32,000 nucleotides of DNA. Origin: Thermococcus kodakarensis KOD1 (GTDB lineage Archaea > Methanobacteriota_B > Thermococci > Thermococcales > Thermococcaceae). Where the stretch lies: contig NC_006624.1 of NCBI RefSeq assembly GCF_000009965.1, forward strand, positions 1,680,001-1,712,000, written 5' to 3'. A program made the translations under genes and the position numbers. The notes below the pieces were generated by a model. The model was not told where the DNA came from. It searched no databases and saw nothing but the letters and a program-made list of their open reading frames with translations. This document shows, piece by piece, positions 17,620-25,619 of the stretch. How positions within the stretch are numbered: the stretch's first letter is position 1; each line of letters starts with the position of its first letter.

Positions 17620-18609
17620 CATCGCCGCGCTTTTCTTCCCTGATGCTAAGGGCACGAGCGCCAGGAGAAGCAGGGCGCCGATGCCACATACCTTTTCTTG
17701 ATCCGGCTGGCCGAGGGTTTCTCTACACTCCGGAAGTTCTTGAATACCCGTACTCAAATCGAGGCGCCTCAGATTCTTCCCATCGTAAAAGAACACGAGC
17801 GGAAGCTCCGAAAGGAAACCGCTTTTCTCAACTCTAATCTCGTCAGGATAATAAATTAGAATCCCTTTATCAAAGGGCAGTGCATATAGAGCAGATAAAG
17901 CCCTGGAGAGCTCTTTGTCTTCAAAAAAGTCTGAGAAATACCTTTCAAACTCGGAAACGGGGATTCTGCAGTTCAAGTTCTCAAAAGTTACGAAGCCGTC
18001 ATTAATTTTTCCCCTGATGCCCTCCAGACTTCCAGTATTCCCAGCGAAGAAGTAGTCCAGTACTGGACTTTCCGTACAGTCCGACTCCACCGTGCCGTTC
18101 TGAAGCTCCACTCTCGTGCAGTTCCAGACCATCTCGGCGCATCCATCAAATCGGTAAACCCTCGTCTCAATCCTCCTGGCGGCAATCGTGAAGTTACGGG
18201 CTTCACCGTTGACGATCAGCGTAACGTTCCCGTGGGGAACAGTTTTCTCCCTTCGCTGCAGGATATAGAAAGTCCCGTTGATTTTCGTCACTATCGATGG
18301 CTCACCGAGTAAAGGGTTGCTTTTCCCCAAAAAGAGCAGGTCGCTTCCGTTGAAGAGGTAGTAGAGGTCGTACTCCCCATCGGGCATGTTGCGGCGAAGG
18401 GATTTCTCCCCGGCGATTTCCCCGCATATCCACTCGGAATGATGGATAACGATAAACGCATAGCCACCTCCAGGCAGCACGGATGTTATTGAGTAGGCCT
18501 CGTAGGGGATGCATCTCCCGCCTGAGACTAATGAGGAGAACAGCAACAGAGGCAAAATCAAAAACATGATTTGCTTAAGAATCCTGCACATAGTTCTCCC
18601 CCCGTACAA
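17593..18609 (-). CDS. Hypothetical secreted protein with C-terminal hydrophobic anchor
   Basis: 338 aa. N-terminal signal-like segment (IMFLILPLLLFSSLVSGG), Cys-rich body with N-X-S/T sites, and a C-terminal TM plus basic residues (CGIGALLLLALVPLASGKK). Confidence 0.6.
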   Translation of the reverse strand: MYGGRTMCRILKQIMFLILPLLLFSSLVSGGRCIPYEAYSITSVLPGGGYAFIVIHHSEWICGEIAGEKSLRRNMPDGEYDLYYLFNGSDLLFLGKSNPLLGEPSIVTKINGTFYILQRREKTVPHGNVTLIVNGEARNFTIAARRIETRVYRFDGCAEMVWNCTRVELQNGTVESDCTESPVLDYFFAGNTGSLEGIRGKINDGFVTFENLNCRIPVSEFERYFSDFFEDKELSRALSALYALPFDKGILIYYPDEIRVEKSGFLSELPLVFFYDGKNLRRLDLSTGIQELPECRETLGQPDQEKVCGIGALLLLALVPLASGKKSAAMLKQQHHGD

Positions 18610-18623
18610 TCAACCAAAACCTC

Positions 18624-19049
18624 TTAAAAATCATTCGGTTTTGCCTTCATAGTATCGTTACCCAAACCAGACGAAAAGACACATATCAAGAACACCGGCA
18701 AATACCACAGGAGCGCCCATCCAAAAAATGGTGCATACCCATAAATCCGGCCACTTACCGGGAGCTCCACCACCGCAGATGGGAACTCAAAGACGATCGC
18801 AAGTGCCAGATAAACCTTTGTTAGAGCCCCTATCCATGGCTTCTCCGAGAAAATAAGGACAGTAAGCTCAACCATATCCATTACGACGATGTAAACCACT
18901 AGCGCCCATGAAGGGATTCTCGTGAAAATCCAGAAGTTGTACATAACCGTGAGAAAAAGAGGATAGCCGAAGGCAAATACCCTCAGGAAGAGCCTGAGAA
19001 GGAAGAGAAGCCTGACGTATTCTTTCACAGCGTTCACCTCAAACACCAC
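18624..19049 (-). CDS. Hypothetical integral membrane protein
   Basis: 141 aa with 4 predicted hydrophobic helices. It lies in a same-strand string with mtaD, the macro-domain gene and the secreted protein. Confidence 0.55.
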   Translation of the reverse strand: MVFEVNAVKEYVRLLFLLRLFLRVFAFGYPLFLTVMYNFWIFTRIPSWALVVYIVVMDMVELTVLIFSEKPWIGALTKVYLALAIVFEFPSAVVELPVSGRIYGYAPFFGWALLWYLPVFLICVFSSGLGNDTMKAKPNDF

Positions 19050-19095
19050 AGGACTACCAGAGGCATTTCACCCACGTACGTTTCCGGACCCGCCC

Positions 19096-19647
19096 TCAAA
19101 CAGCTCTCAGAGCCCTCTCGTAATCCTTTTCCGAGTACAGCACAAGATAGACTCTCTCAACGCTCCCTGCTTCTCTCTCGAACTCATCAATGACCTCCTT
19201 GAATGTCTTCACGACTTCCTCAAGCGGACAGCCGTAGATGCCAGCGCTTACCGCCGGGAAGGCTATCGTTTTGACTCCAAGCTCCTCGGCCTTCCTCAGC
19301 GCCCCGAGGATGGCCTTCCTCAGCTTCTCCTTCTTGTCCTCGTCCCAGATTCCGCCGCAGTAAGGGCCAACTGTGTGGATGACGTAGCGGATGCCGTGTT
19401 TCTCCAGCCTCATCGCCGGCGTTACAACAACTTCCCCATGCTCGATGTGGTCCTTTCCAAGCTGCTCGCGCATGGCTTCCTTGCTTATCCTGATGTATTC
19501 CCTCGGATCGCCAGCCGCTGCTTTCGCAATGGCGTAGGCAACACCGCCGCCGTGCTCGAGGTACCTATTGGCCGCGTTGACTATCGCCTCGGCCGGAAAG
19601 CGGGTTATGTCTCCTTTAACGATCTCAAACTCTACCACGACCACCAC
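19096..19647 (-). CDS. Macro-domain protein (ADP-ribose / O-acetyl-ADP-ribose binding or hydrolase, AF1521-like)
   Basis: GDITRFPAEAIVNAANRYLEHGGGVAYAI and IAFPAVSAGIYG are canonical macro-domain motifs. There is no in-frame ATG, so a GTG start is implied (19647, 19644 or 19638) after GGTGGTG. Confidence 0.9.
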   Translation of the reverse strand: MVVVVEFEIVKGDITRFPAEAIVNAANRYLEHGGGVAYAIAKAAAGDPREYIRISKEAMREQLGKDHIEHGEVVVTPAMRLEKHGIRYVIHTVGPYCGGIWDEDKKEKLRKAILGALRKAEELGVKTIAFPAVSAGIYGCPLEEVVKTFKEVIDEFEREAGSVERVYLVLYSEKDYERALRAV

Positions 19648-19683
19648 CAGAGAAAATAGGAAAGAAGAGGATTTAACGCTAAC

Positions 19684-20958
19684 TCAGGCGAGCTTTTCTG
19701 AGACTTTCTCGGCCTCGCTGATAACCTTCTCCTCGTCGAGGGTCAGAACTTCCCCGTCAAGCATCAGGATTTTTCCGTCAACTATCGTTGTCTCCACGTC
19801 GTTTCCGTTGGCCGAATAAACGAGATGGCTTATCACGTCGTTGATGGGCCTGAGGTGCGGCCTGTTGAAGTTGATTATGGCGATATCAGCCAGATAGCCC
19901 TCTTTGATTATTCCAGCGTTGAGTCTCAGTGCCTTTGCCCCGTTTTGCGTGGCCATCCTGAAGACCGTCCTGGCGTCCGCTATGGTGGGATCGAGGTTGT
20001 GAACCTTGTGGAGCAGGGCCGCGAGCTTCATCTCCTCAAGCATGTCGAGGTTGTTGTTGCTCGCACTTCCATCTGTGCCAAGGCCGATGTTGACGCCAGC
20101 GTTTAGGAGCTTTTCGAGGGGCATGACACCGCTCGCGAGCTTCATGTTGCTTCCGGGGTTGTGGGCAACTGTAACGCCGTGCCTCGCCAATATTTGAATG
20201 TCCCTGCTGTCCAGCCAGACGCCGTGGGCTATTATGACGTCGTTTCCAAGGAAGCCGATGTCGTCGAGGAGGACGACGGGGCTTTTTCCGTAGCGCTCGG
20301 TTATCTGGCCTATTTCCGCCATCGTCTCGCTCACGTGGATGGTTATGAGCTTGTTGTGCTCGCTGGCGAGTTTTCTGACCTCCTTCAGGAGGGCTATCGA
20401 ACAGGTGTAAGGCGCGTGAGGCCCGAAGACGAAGTGGACTCTCTCGGAGTTTAGTTTCTCTATCGCCTCCATCTCGCGGAGGGCCTCCTTCAGCTCCTTC
20501 TCAGTCCTGTCTGGATCGCCGAGGTCTATCATGCCGTAGGAAAGGTATCCCCTTAAGCCAGCATCGAGGACGGCCTCTGCCACCTTGTCCATGTGGAAGT
20601 ACATGTCCAGGAAGGTCGTAGTTCCGCTCCGGATCATCTCCAGAGCGCCCAGATAGGCACCGACTTTGACGTATTCGGGAGTGAGCTTAGCTTCTCTCGG
20701 CCAGATGTGGTTCTGGAGCCACTCCATCAGCGGTAGGTCGTCGGCGAGCCCCCTGAGGAGGCCCATCGGCGAGTGGGTGTGCAGGTTTATGAAGCCAGGA
20801 GAAACTACCCTCCCTGTGGCATCTATGACGGTATCTGCGGCCTCGTTTATGTTTCTCTCGACGCTTACAATCCTGTTGCTCTCGATGAGGACGTCCGCCC
20901 TCACAACGTCGAGGTTCTCGCCGTATATGACGTGGCCGTTCTTGATGAGAATGCTCAT
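19684..20958 (-). CDS. mtaD: 5'-methylthioadenosine/S-adenosylhomocysteine deaminase (amidohydrolase family)
   Basis: Amidohydrolase metal ligands are present (INLHTHSPM, TIHVSET, AHGVWL, LGTDGSASNN), with overall MtaD/SsnA-like organisation. ATG 20958 is preceded by AAGGTGGT. Confidence 0.85.
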   Translation of the reverse strand: MSILIKNGHVIYGENLDVVRADVLIESNRIVSVERNINEAADTVIDATGRVVSPGFINLHTHSPMGLLRGLADDLPLMEWLQNHIWPREAKLTPEYVKVGAYLGALEMIRSGTTTFLDMYFHMDKVAEAVLDAGLRGYLSYGMIDLGDPDRTEKELKEALREMEAIEKLNSERVHFVFGPHAPYTCSIALLKEVRKLASEHNKLITIHVSETMAEIGQITERYGKSPVVLLDDIGFLGNDVIIAHGVWLDSRDIQILARHGVTVAHNPGSNMKLASGVMPLEKLLNAGVNIGLGTDGSASNNNLDMLEEMKLAALLHKVHNLDPTIADARTVFRMATQNGAKALRLNAGIIKEGYLADIAIINFNRPHLRPINDVISHLVYSANGNDVETTIVDGKILMLDGEVLTLDEEKVISEAEKVSEKLA

Positions 20959-21160
20959 GGGGACCACCTTTTAACCCTTTGAAAAGTTCTGTTTCTGATG
21001 GAAGTTAAAAAGATGTTGGATTCAAAGAAACAGGAAAACGAAAACAATGATTTCCCGCATCCATCATAAAGGTCATTCAACCTTCGTTGTACAATACTTT
21101 GAACCTCCAAAAGATTTATATGAAACAAACCAAATTCACAATTAACTCCCGGTGAGAGTT

Positions 21161-23527
21161 ATGGTGGACGATCTGCCATCTAAAGATCTACACTACCTTA
21201 TAACTAGGGTCATAAATCCGATTCTAAACTCAATAATCGCCACATTGCACAGTGGCCCCATTGTACACTACAAGGATGGAACACTAGACGTCACGGAGTA
21301 CCCAATCCCCAAGTTAATGGCCAAGTTTTTGGCGGACTGGAGAGATGAGCTGTGGTACAGGTACTCTAGAAAAAATCTTGGCGACGTTTCAGAGGACATC
21401 CTCCACGAGTACATAGAGACGATAAACTACGTATACCGCCGCCTCCACAGTGTAGACGAGAAAACCGCTAAACAAGTCGGAAGGGATCTGATACTCCTGG
21501 GACAGAAGATCGAGGAGTACCTCACCGGAAAAGTTGAGGTGTTCTCAGATTTCGTGTTTGAGGTCGAAAAAATCAGAAAAGGGCAGCCCACAAAAGCCGT
21601 GAGAGAACCCGCCGATAGAAATCATCAAGGAAGGGTGGAAACAGCAGATGTTCGTGAGAAGAAGGAGATTAATCGCTCTTCTGGGAAAAAAGCCAAAGAT
21701 TTCGGCGTCTGTCCAAGATGTGCAGCTTACGACGGCGATAGGAGCGAAAAGAAGCTTTATCAGTGCCCTCACTGTGGCGAGTGGTTCTGTGAAAAGCACG
21801 TTAAACCGGCCCTCGTGTTGACGTTCGACAGATATCAAGAACTCTGGAGAAAGCATCCTGAGTTGAGAGCGTTTCTAGAAGAGGAATGGCACCGTGAAGA
21901 TGGCCACCCGTGCTACCCATACACAAAGAAATTCTGGGAAGGGTACGAGAACAAAAGGGAGAGCCTGTACGGTGCCAGGAGAACGTCTACTAGAACCGAA
22001 AAGAGGTTCATTCCCCAGAGGGAGCCTGTTAGAGTTCCATCGAGTTCTGGAACATGGAAACCCAAAGAGCGCACCCGCTACGAGGACGTGATAATAAACG
22101 TCAAAAACAGATTTAAAGATCGGGGCAGCATTTATGTGACTCCCCGAGAGATCCGCATAGAAACTTCCAGAATCAAAAAAGTACTTCCTCGTTCACCTTC
22201 AATCAGATTTGAGATCAGGGACGGAAAGAGGTGGGTCATCATCCCAGAGAGCGTCTACTCAATGGCATACACGCCGGAGAGGAAACATGAGGGGAGAAAA
22301 CACGGCAAATACGCTCTCATCGGAATCGCTCTCCTGATACTACTCCTGGCCGGCTATCTGTATTCCAGGGGAAGTTTCGATAACCTTGGGGTACCCTTCC
22401 TCGGGAATTCGAGCGGTTCCTCCCAAGGAGCCAGCACCCACACACCAGAATACTCAGGTACTCAAACAATTGACAAAACCAATACTGCACCGATCTACTC
22501 TACGAGCACTCCAACGCATACATCAGAACAAGCACCACTAATAACCCCTGAATCACCTTGTTCGAATAGCTACTGGCGATATATTTTCCAAGACGCCCTT
22601 AAATGTGCTCTGACTGAAGAAGAACTCTCAAAAATTTCCAATCTCGCCAGCCAGTTGAAAGGAGAGAGTCTCCAGGAAAGCGCCTGGAATACTCTGGAGT
22701 GGCTCCACGAGAACATAGAGTACAACTATTCCAAAGCCTCCCTCCCAGCGCCGGTTATCTGGACTTCCAACGGAAGAATAAGCAGAGTCGATGCAGCGCC
22801 GGGCGTTGAAATCCAAACCCCATACGAGACCATCCGGAGGGGAGCGGGCGTCTGCAGGGATTATGCCATCTTAACAGCTGCGCTCCTGCTCGAAATGAAC
22901 TACTCTCCTGTTTACGTATTCAGCATTGAGTTCGAGAACTCGCCGATAGGACACGCGGCCGTGGCGATAAAGATCAACGGGGAGTACTTTATTCTTGATC
23001 AGCATCCACCCGTTATGGATCTGGGGACGTACTACACCGACTTGGCAGTCTACAGGCAAGAAACCCTTGGCGAGAGGCTATTCATTTCAAACGCTACTGT
23101 CTATGAGATAAGCAGGGATAAAAACGGCGCGATAGTTAGAGAAATCGGAATCCTATCAGCTGAAGACTTTAAGCAAAAGGATCACGTGTTCAGCCCTACA
23201 GACTTGATCAGAATATCCACAGATCTAAGGAAGATCCTTGAGGACAGATATCCCCATTTAATTTCCGACAAAAACATTGCCAACCTCGAAGAAAAAAGTT
23301 ATTTACCCCCAGGATACTCAGACGGAAGGATTTGGAGATTAAACTTCCCCCACTACGCGGACTACTACAACCCCGTCTTTCATGAGCAATTCGTGGAATA
23401 CATGCTTATGGCTCTTACGAACGATGAGAACGTCAAGAGCGACTTGAAGAAATTCAACAGGTTTTGGATCAAAGTTGAACATGAAGGGGACTCGCTAAAA
23501 GTAACGCTAAACTTAGCCAAAAAATAA
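21161..23527 (+). CDS. Large single-pass membrane protein: unknown N-terminal domain + Cys/His Zn-finger (AN1-like), TM helix, S/T-rich linker, transglutaminase-like cysteine-protease domain
   Basis: Zn-finger cluster CPRC-X14-CPHC-X4-C-X2-H ... H-X4-H-X-C at ~21710-21913. TM helix YALIGIALLILLLAGYLY at ~22310-22363. Transglutaminase core triad: GVCRDYA (Cys ~22853), GHAAV (His ~22952), ILDQH (Asp ~22997). A GGTGAG RBS precedes ATG 21161. Confidence 0.75.
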   Translation: MVDDLPSKDLHYLITRVINPILNSIIATLHSGPIVHYKDGTLDVTEYPIPKLMAKFLADWRDELWYRYSRKNLGDVSEDILHEYIETINYVYRRLHSVDEKTAKQVGRDLILLGQKIEEYLTGKVEVFSDFVFEVEKIRKGQPTKAVREPADRNHQGRVETADVREKKEINRSSGKKAKDFGVCPRCAAYDGDRSEKKLYQCPHCGEWFCEKHVKPALVLTFDRYQELWRKHPELRAFLEEEWHREDGHPCYPYTKKFWEGYENKRESLYGARRTSTRTEKRFIPQREPVRVPSSSGTWKPKERTRYEDVIINVKNRFKDRGSIYVTPREIRIETSRIKKVLPRSPSIRFEIRDGKRWVIIPESVYSMAYTPERKHEGRKHGKYALIGIALLILLLAGYLYSRGSFDNLGVPFLGNSSGSSQGASTHTPEYSGTQTIDKTNTAPIYSTSTPTHTSEQAPLITPESPCSNSYWRYIFQDALKCALTEEELSKISNLASQLKGESLQESAWNTLEWLHENIEYNYSKASLPAPVIWTSNGRISRVDAAPGVEIQTPYETIRRGAGVCRDYAILTAALLLEMNYSPVYVFSIEFENSPIGHAAVAIKINGEYFILDQHPPVMDLGTYYTDLAVYRQETLGERLFISNATVYEISRDKNGAIVREIGILSAEDFKQKDHVFSPTDLIRISTDLRKILEDRYPHLISDKNIANLEEKSYLPPGYSDGRIWRLNFPHYADYYNPVFHEQFVEYMLMALTNDENVKSDLKKFNRFWIKVEHEGDSLKVTLNLAKK

Positions 23528-23587
23528 TGCAAAATCAGAATGAACAAGCCCCCATCAATTGAGTCAACCAAAAACAAGAAAAACCTG

Positions 23588-24334
23588 CTAAAGAATCACC
23601 CCAATTACTATCGAGTTAACGTTAGTTCTCGTAGGACCAGTCACTACCAGGGCCTTAGCCTTTTTCAAAGCCTCGTAGGCGTTGTGGCTTCTCAGGTACT
23701 CCTCAAGGTCTATTCCCTCGTTTCTGAGGACTTCCGCAGTATGGCTGTCCACAAGTCCTCCGGCGGCATCCGTTGGGCCGTCCGTTCCGTCGGTGTCCAT
23801 CGCCAGAACAGCAACTCCCCTAAGGCCCGAAATCTTTCTCGCTATGCTCAAAGCGAACTCCTGGTTCGGCCCGCCGAGGCCCGCTTTTCCTTCTATAGTC
23901 ACCGTGGTTTCCCCACCGGCTATCAGAACACAGGGCCTCTTAAAGGGCCTGTTCCTGTGGTAGATTTCCTCAATGACTGAACCAAAAGCCAATGCAACTT
24001 CTCTGGCTTCCCCTTCAAGCGTGGTTGTGAGGATGTGGGCTTCGAGACCGAGCTCCTTAGCTTTTCTCTGGGCCGCTTCACAGACCAGGACGTTGCTCGC
24101 TATGAGGAAGTTGTGGACGTTTGGGAGGTCTTCCTTTAGAGTCTCCTCCGCTTTTCCCTCCAGGCCGAGCTCTATGTAATGCCTAACGCTCTCGGGGAGC
24201 TTTTCCCATAGGCCGTAGAGCTTGAGTATCCGGTAAGAGGCTATTTCCTCTACGGAGTGTGCGCTGTTGATGCATCCGGAGAGGACTACTGGGATAACTA
24301 CCAACGACAAAATTATTGCCCACTTCAACTTCAT
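23588..24334 (-). CDS. Truncated glycerate 2-kinase homologue (C-terminal half with MOFRL domain) fused to a lipoprotein-type signal peptide; possible gene remnant
   Basis: Residues ~28-248 (YRILKLYGLWEKLPESVRHYIELGL...GGETTVTIEGKAGLGGPNQE...DTDGTDGPTDAAGG...TGPTRTNVNSIVI) match the distal half of archaeal GckA/MOFRL enzymes, which are ~440 aa. The first ~25 aa (MKLKWAIILSLVVIPVVLSGC) are an unrelated signal/lipobox. Confidence 0.7.
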   Translation of the reverse strand: MKLKWAIILSLVVIPVVLSGCINSAHSVEEIASYRILKLYGLWEKLPESVRHYIELGLEGKAEETLKEDLPNVHNFLIASNVLVCEAAQRKAKELGLEAHILTTTLEGEAREVALAFGSVIEEIYHRNRPFKRPCVLIAGGETTVTIEGKAGLGGPNQEFALSIARKISGLRGVAVLAMDTDGTDGPTDAAGGLVDSHTAEVLRNEGIDLEEYLRSHNAYEALKKAKALVVTGPTRTNVNSIVIGVIL

Positions 24335-24352
24335 TACTTCTCACTTCTCAGT

Positions 24353-24616
24353 TTAACCAACTTTCAAAAGCAGAGAGACCATGTAGAGTGCTCCAACGAA
24401 CGCTATAAAGTCTAAAACAAAGTCTCTAATTTTGATCTCTCTTTGTTTTAATATAAACACCCTCTCAACTTCAGTAGCGATAGAAGCAAAGAGCGCCGCA
24501 AGCACAATTGCTAGCCATCCAAGAGTTTGATAGTATGCGAGAGCAAATGCCCATGGAAGGTTAATCAAAAAGAAAAATATATAACGGAGAGTGCGACTTC
24601 CAGTACGAGTGGCCAC
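24353..24616 (-). CDS. Hypothetical small membrane protein (AT-rich gene)
   Basis: 87 aa with 3 hydrophobic segments. It lies 18 nt upstream of the truncated kinase gene on the same strand. Base composition is markedly AT-rich relative to its neighbours. Confidence 0.45.
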   Translation of the reverse strand: MATRTGSRTLRYIFFFLINLPWAFALAYYQTLGWLAIVLAALFASIATEVERVFILKQREIKIRDFVLDFIAFVGALYMVSLLLKVG

Positions 24617-24730
24617 ATCTCTTCACCCCTTGCAAGCTCCAATAGCAGTACATATTGCGGCAGCACCAGCCCCACATGCAACTCGTATATTTGTCAGAGT
24701 GTTAAATAATGAAAATTCAAACCATAAAAA

Positions 24731-25504
24731 TCACACAAACATCGTCTTCAGCACATCGGCACAGCCGCAGTGCCTCTCCTCTGGGATCTTCGGGATGCCC
24801 TTCTTGAGGAGCTCCTGAACCTTGTAGTTGTTCTCGGCCATGACCTTGAGGACCTCCTGGGCATCTACTGGCTTGTCAGCCCAGACGTCGTAGTCGGTGA
24901 CGGTCGCTATGTTGACGTAGCACATTCCAAGCTCGCGGGCGAGGTTTACCTCCGGGACAAGGGTCATTCCGATGATGTGGGCGAACTGGCGGAACATGAA
25001 GCTCTCGGCCCTTGTGGAGAAGCGCGGGCCTTCGATGCAGACGTAGGTGCCCTTCTCGTGGACAGGGAAGCCAAGCTCCTTGGCCGTCTCGTAGAATATC
25101 TTCCTCATCTCAGGACAGAATGGATCGGCCATGGAGACGTGGGCAACGCGCGGCCCGTTGTAGAAGGTGTAGTCCCTCTTCTTGGTGAAGTCGATGAACT
25201 GGTCAGTTATGACGATGTCCCCGGGCTTGTACTCCTCGCGCAGCGAACCAACGGCCGTGATTCCAATAACCCTCTCGACGCCAAGCTCCTTGAGGGCCCA
25301 GATGTTGGCCCTGTACGGGACTTCGTGCGGTGGGAACTCGTGGTGCTTGCCGTGGCGCGGAATGAAGGCAACCTCAACGCCCTCGATCTCTCCTATTTCC
25401 ACTGGAGCTGAAGGCCTTCCATACGGGGTGTGCACCTTAACGGTCTCCTTAGGCTCGAAGACGCCGTAAACTCCAGAACCGCCGATAATACCTATCCTCG
25501 GCAT
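24731..25504 (-). CDS. mtnP: S-methyl-5'-thioadenosine phosphorylase
   Basis: [14 protein letters not shown]..., [14 protein letters not shown] and ITAVGSL are MTAP/PNP-family motifs. GGTG lies just upstream of the tandem ATGs at 25510 and 25504. The 315-aa track ORF is an upstream read-through artefact. Confidence 0.92.
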   Translation of the reverse strand: MPRIGIIGGSGVYGVFEPKETVKVHTPYGRPSAPVEIGEIEGVEVAFIPRHGKHHEFPPHEVPYRANIWALKELGVERVIGITAVGSLREEYKPGDIVITDQFIDFTKKRDYTFYNGPRVAHVSMADPFCPEMRKIFYETAKELGFPVHEKGTYVCIEGPRFSTRAESFMFRQFAHIIGMTLVPEVNLARELGMCYVNIATVTDYDVWADKPVDAQEVLKVMAENNYKVQELLKKGIPKIPEERHCGCADVLKTMFV

Positions 25505-25551
25505 GGTCATCACCGTGTTGATTGGGCGCTTGGATAATATAAGGGTTGCCT

Positions 25552-25572
25552 TTCCAGTGGAAACCAAACTCC
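25552..25572 (+). promoter_or_regulatory. ORB-type box TTCCAGTGGAAACCAAACTCC between the divergent mtnP and PAC2 core promoters
   Basis: Identical to 6178-6198. It is flanked by a minus-strand TATA (CTTATATTAT, ~25531-25540) and a plus-strand BRE/TATA (GAAAG-TTTAATAA, ~25573-25585). Confidence 0.5.
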
Positions 25573-25619
25573 GAAAGTTTAATAACCTTTGGAAACTAAA
25601 GTTTTCCGGAGGTGAGAGA

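Noticed and set aside
17354-17837. Arg/Pro-rich ORFs 17354-17689 (-) and 17463-17837 (+)
   Set aside because: They overlap the better-supported membrane-protein and secreted-protein genes in other frames, and their composition is typical of GC-rich off-frame translation.
20975-21060. Inverted repeat CTGTTTCT ... AGAAACAG in the mtaD/transglutaminase spacer, a possible hairpin or sRNA
   Set aside because: The stem is only 8 bp with a ~28-nt AT-rich loop, and there are no flanking sRNA boxes. I cannot distinguish it from chance in an AT-rich promoter region.
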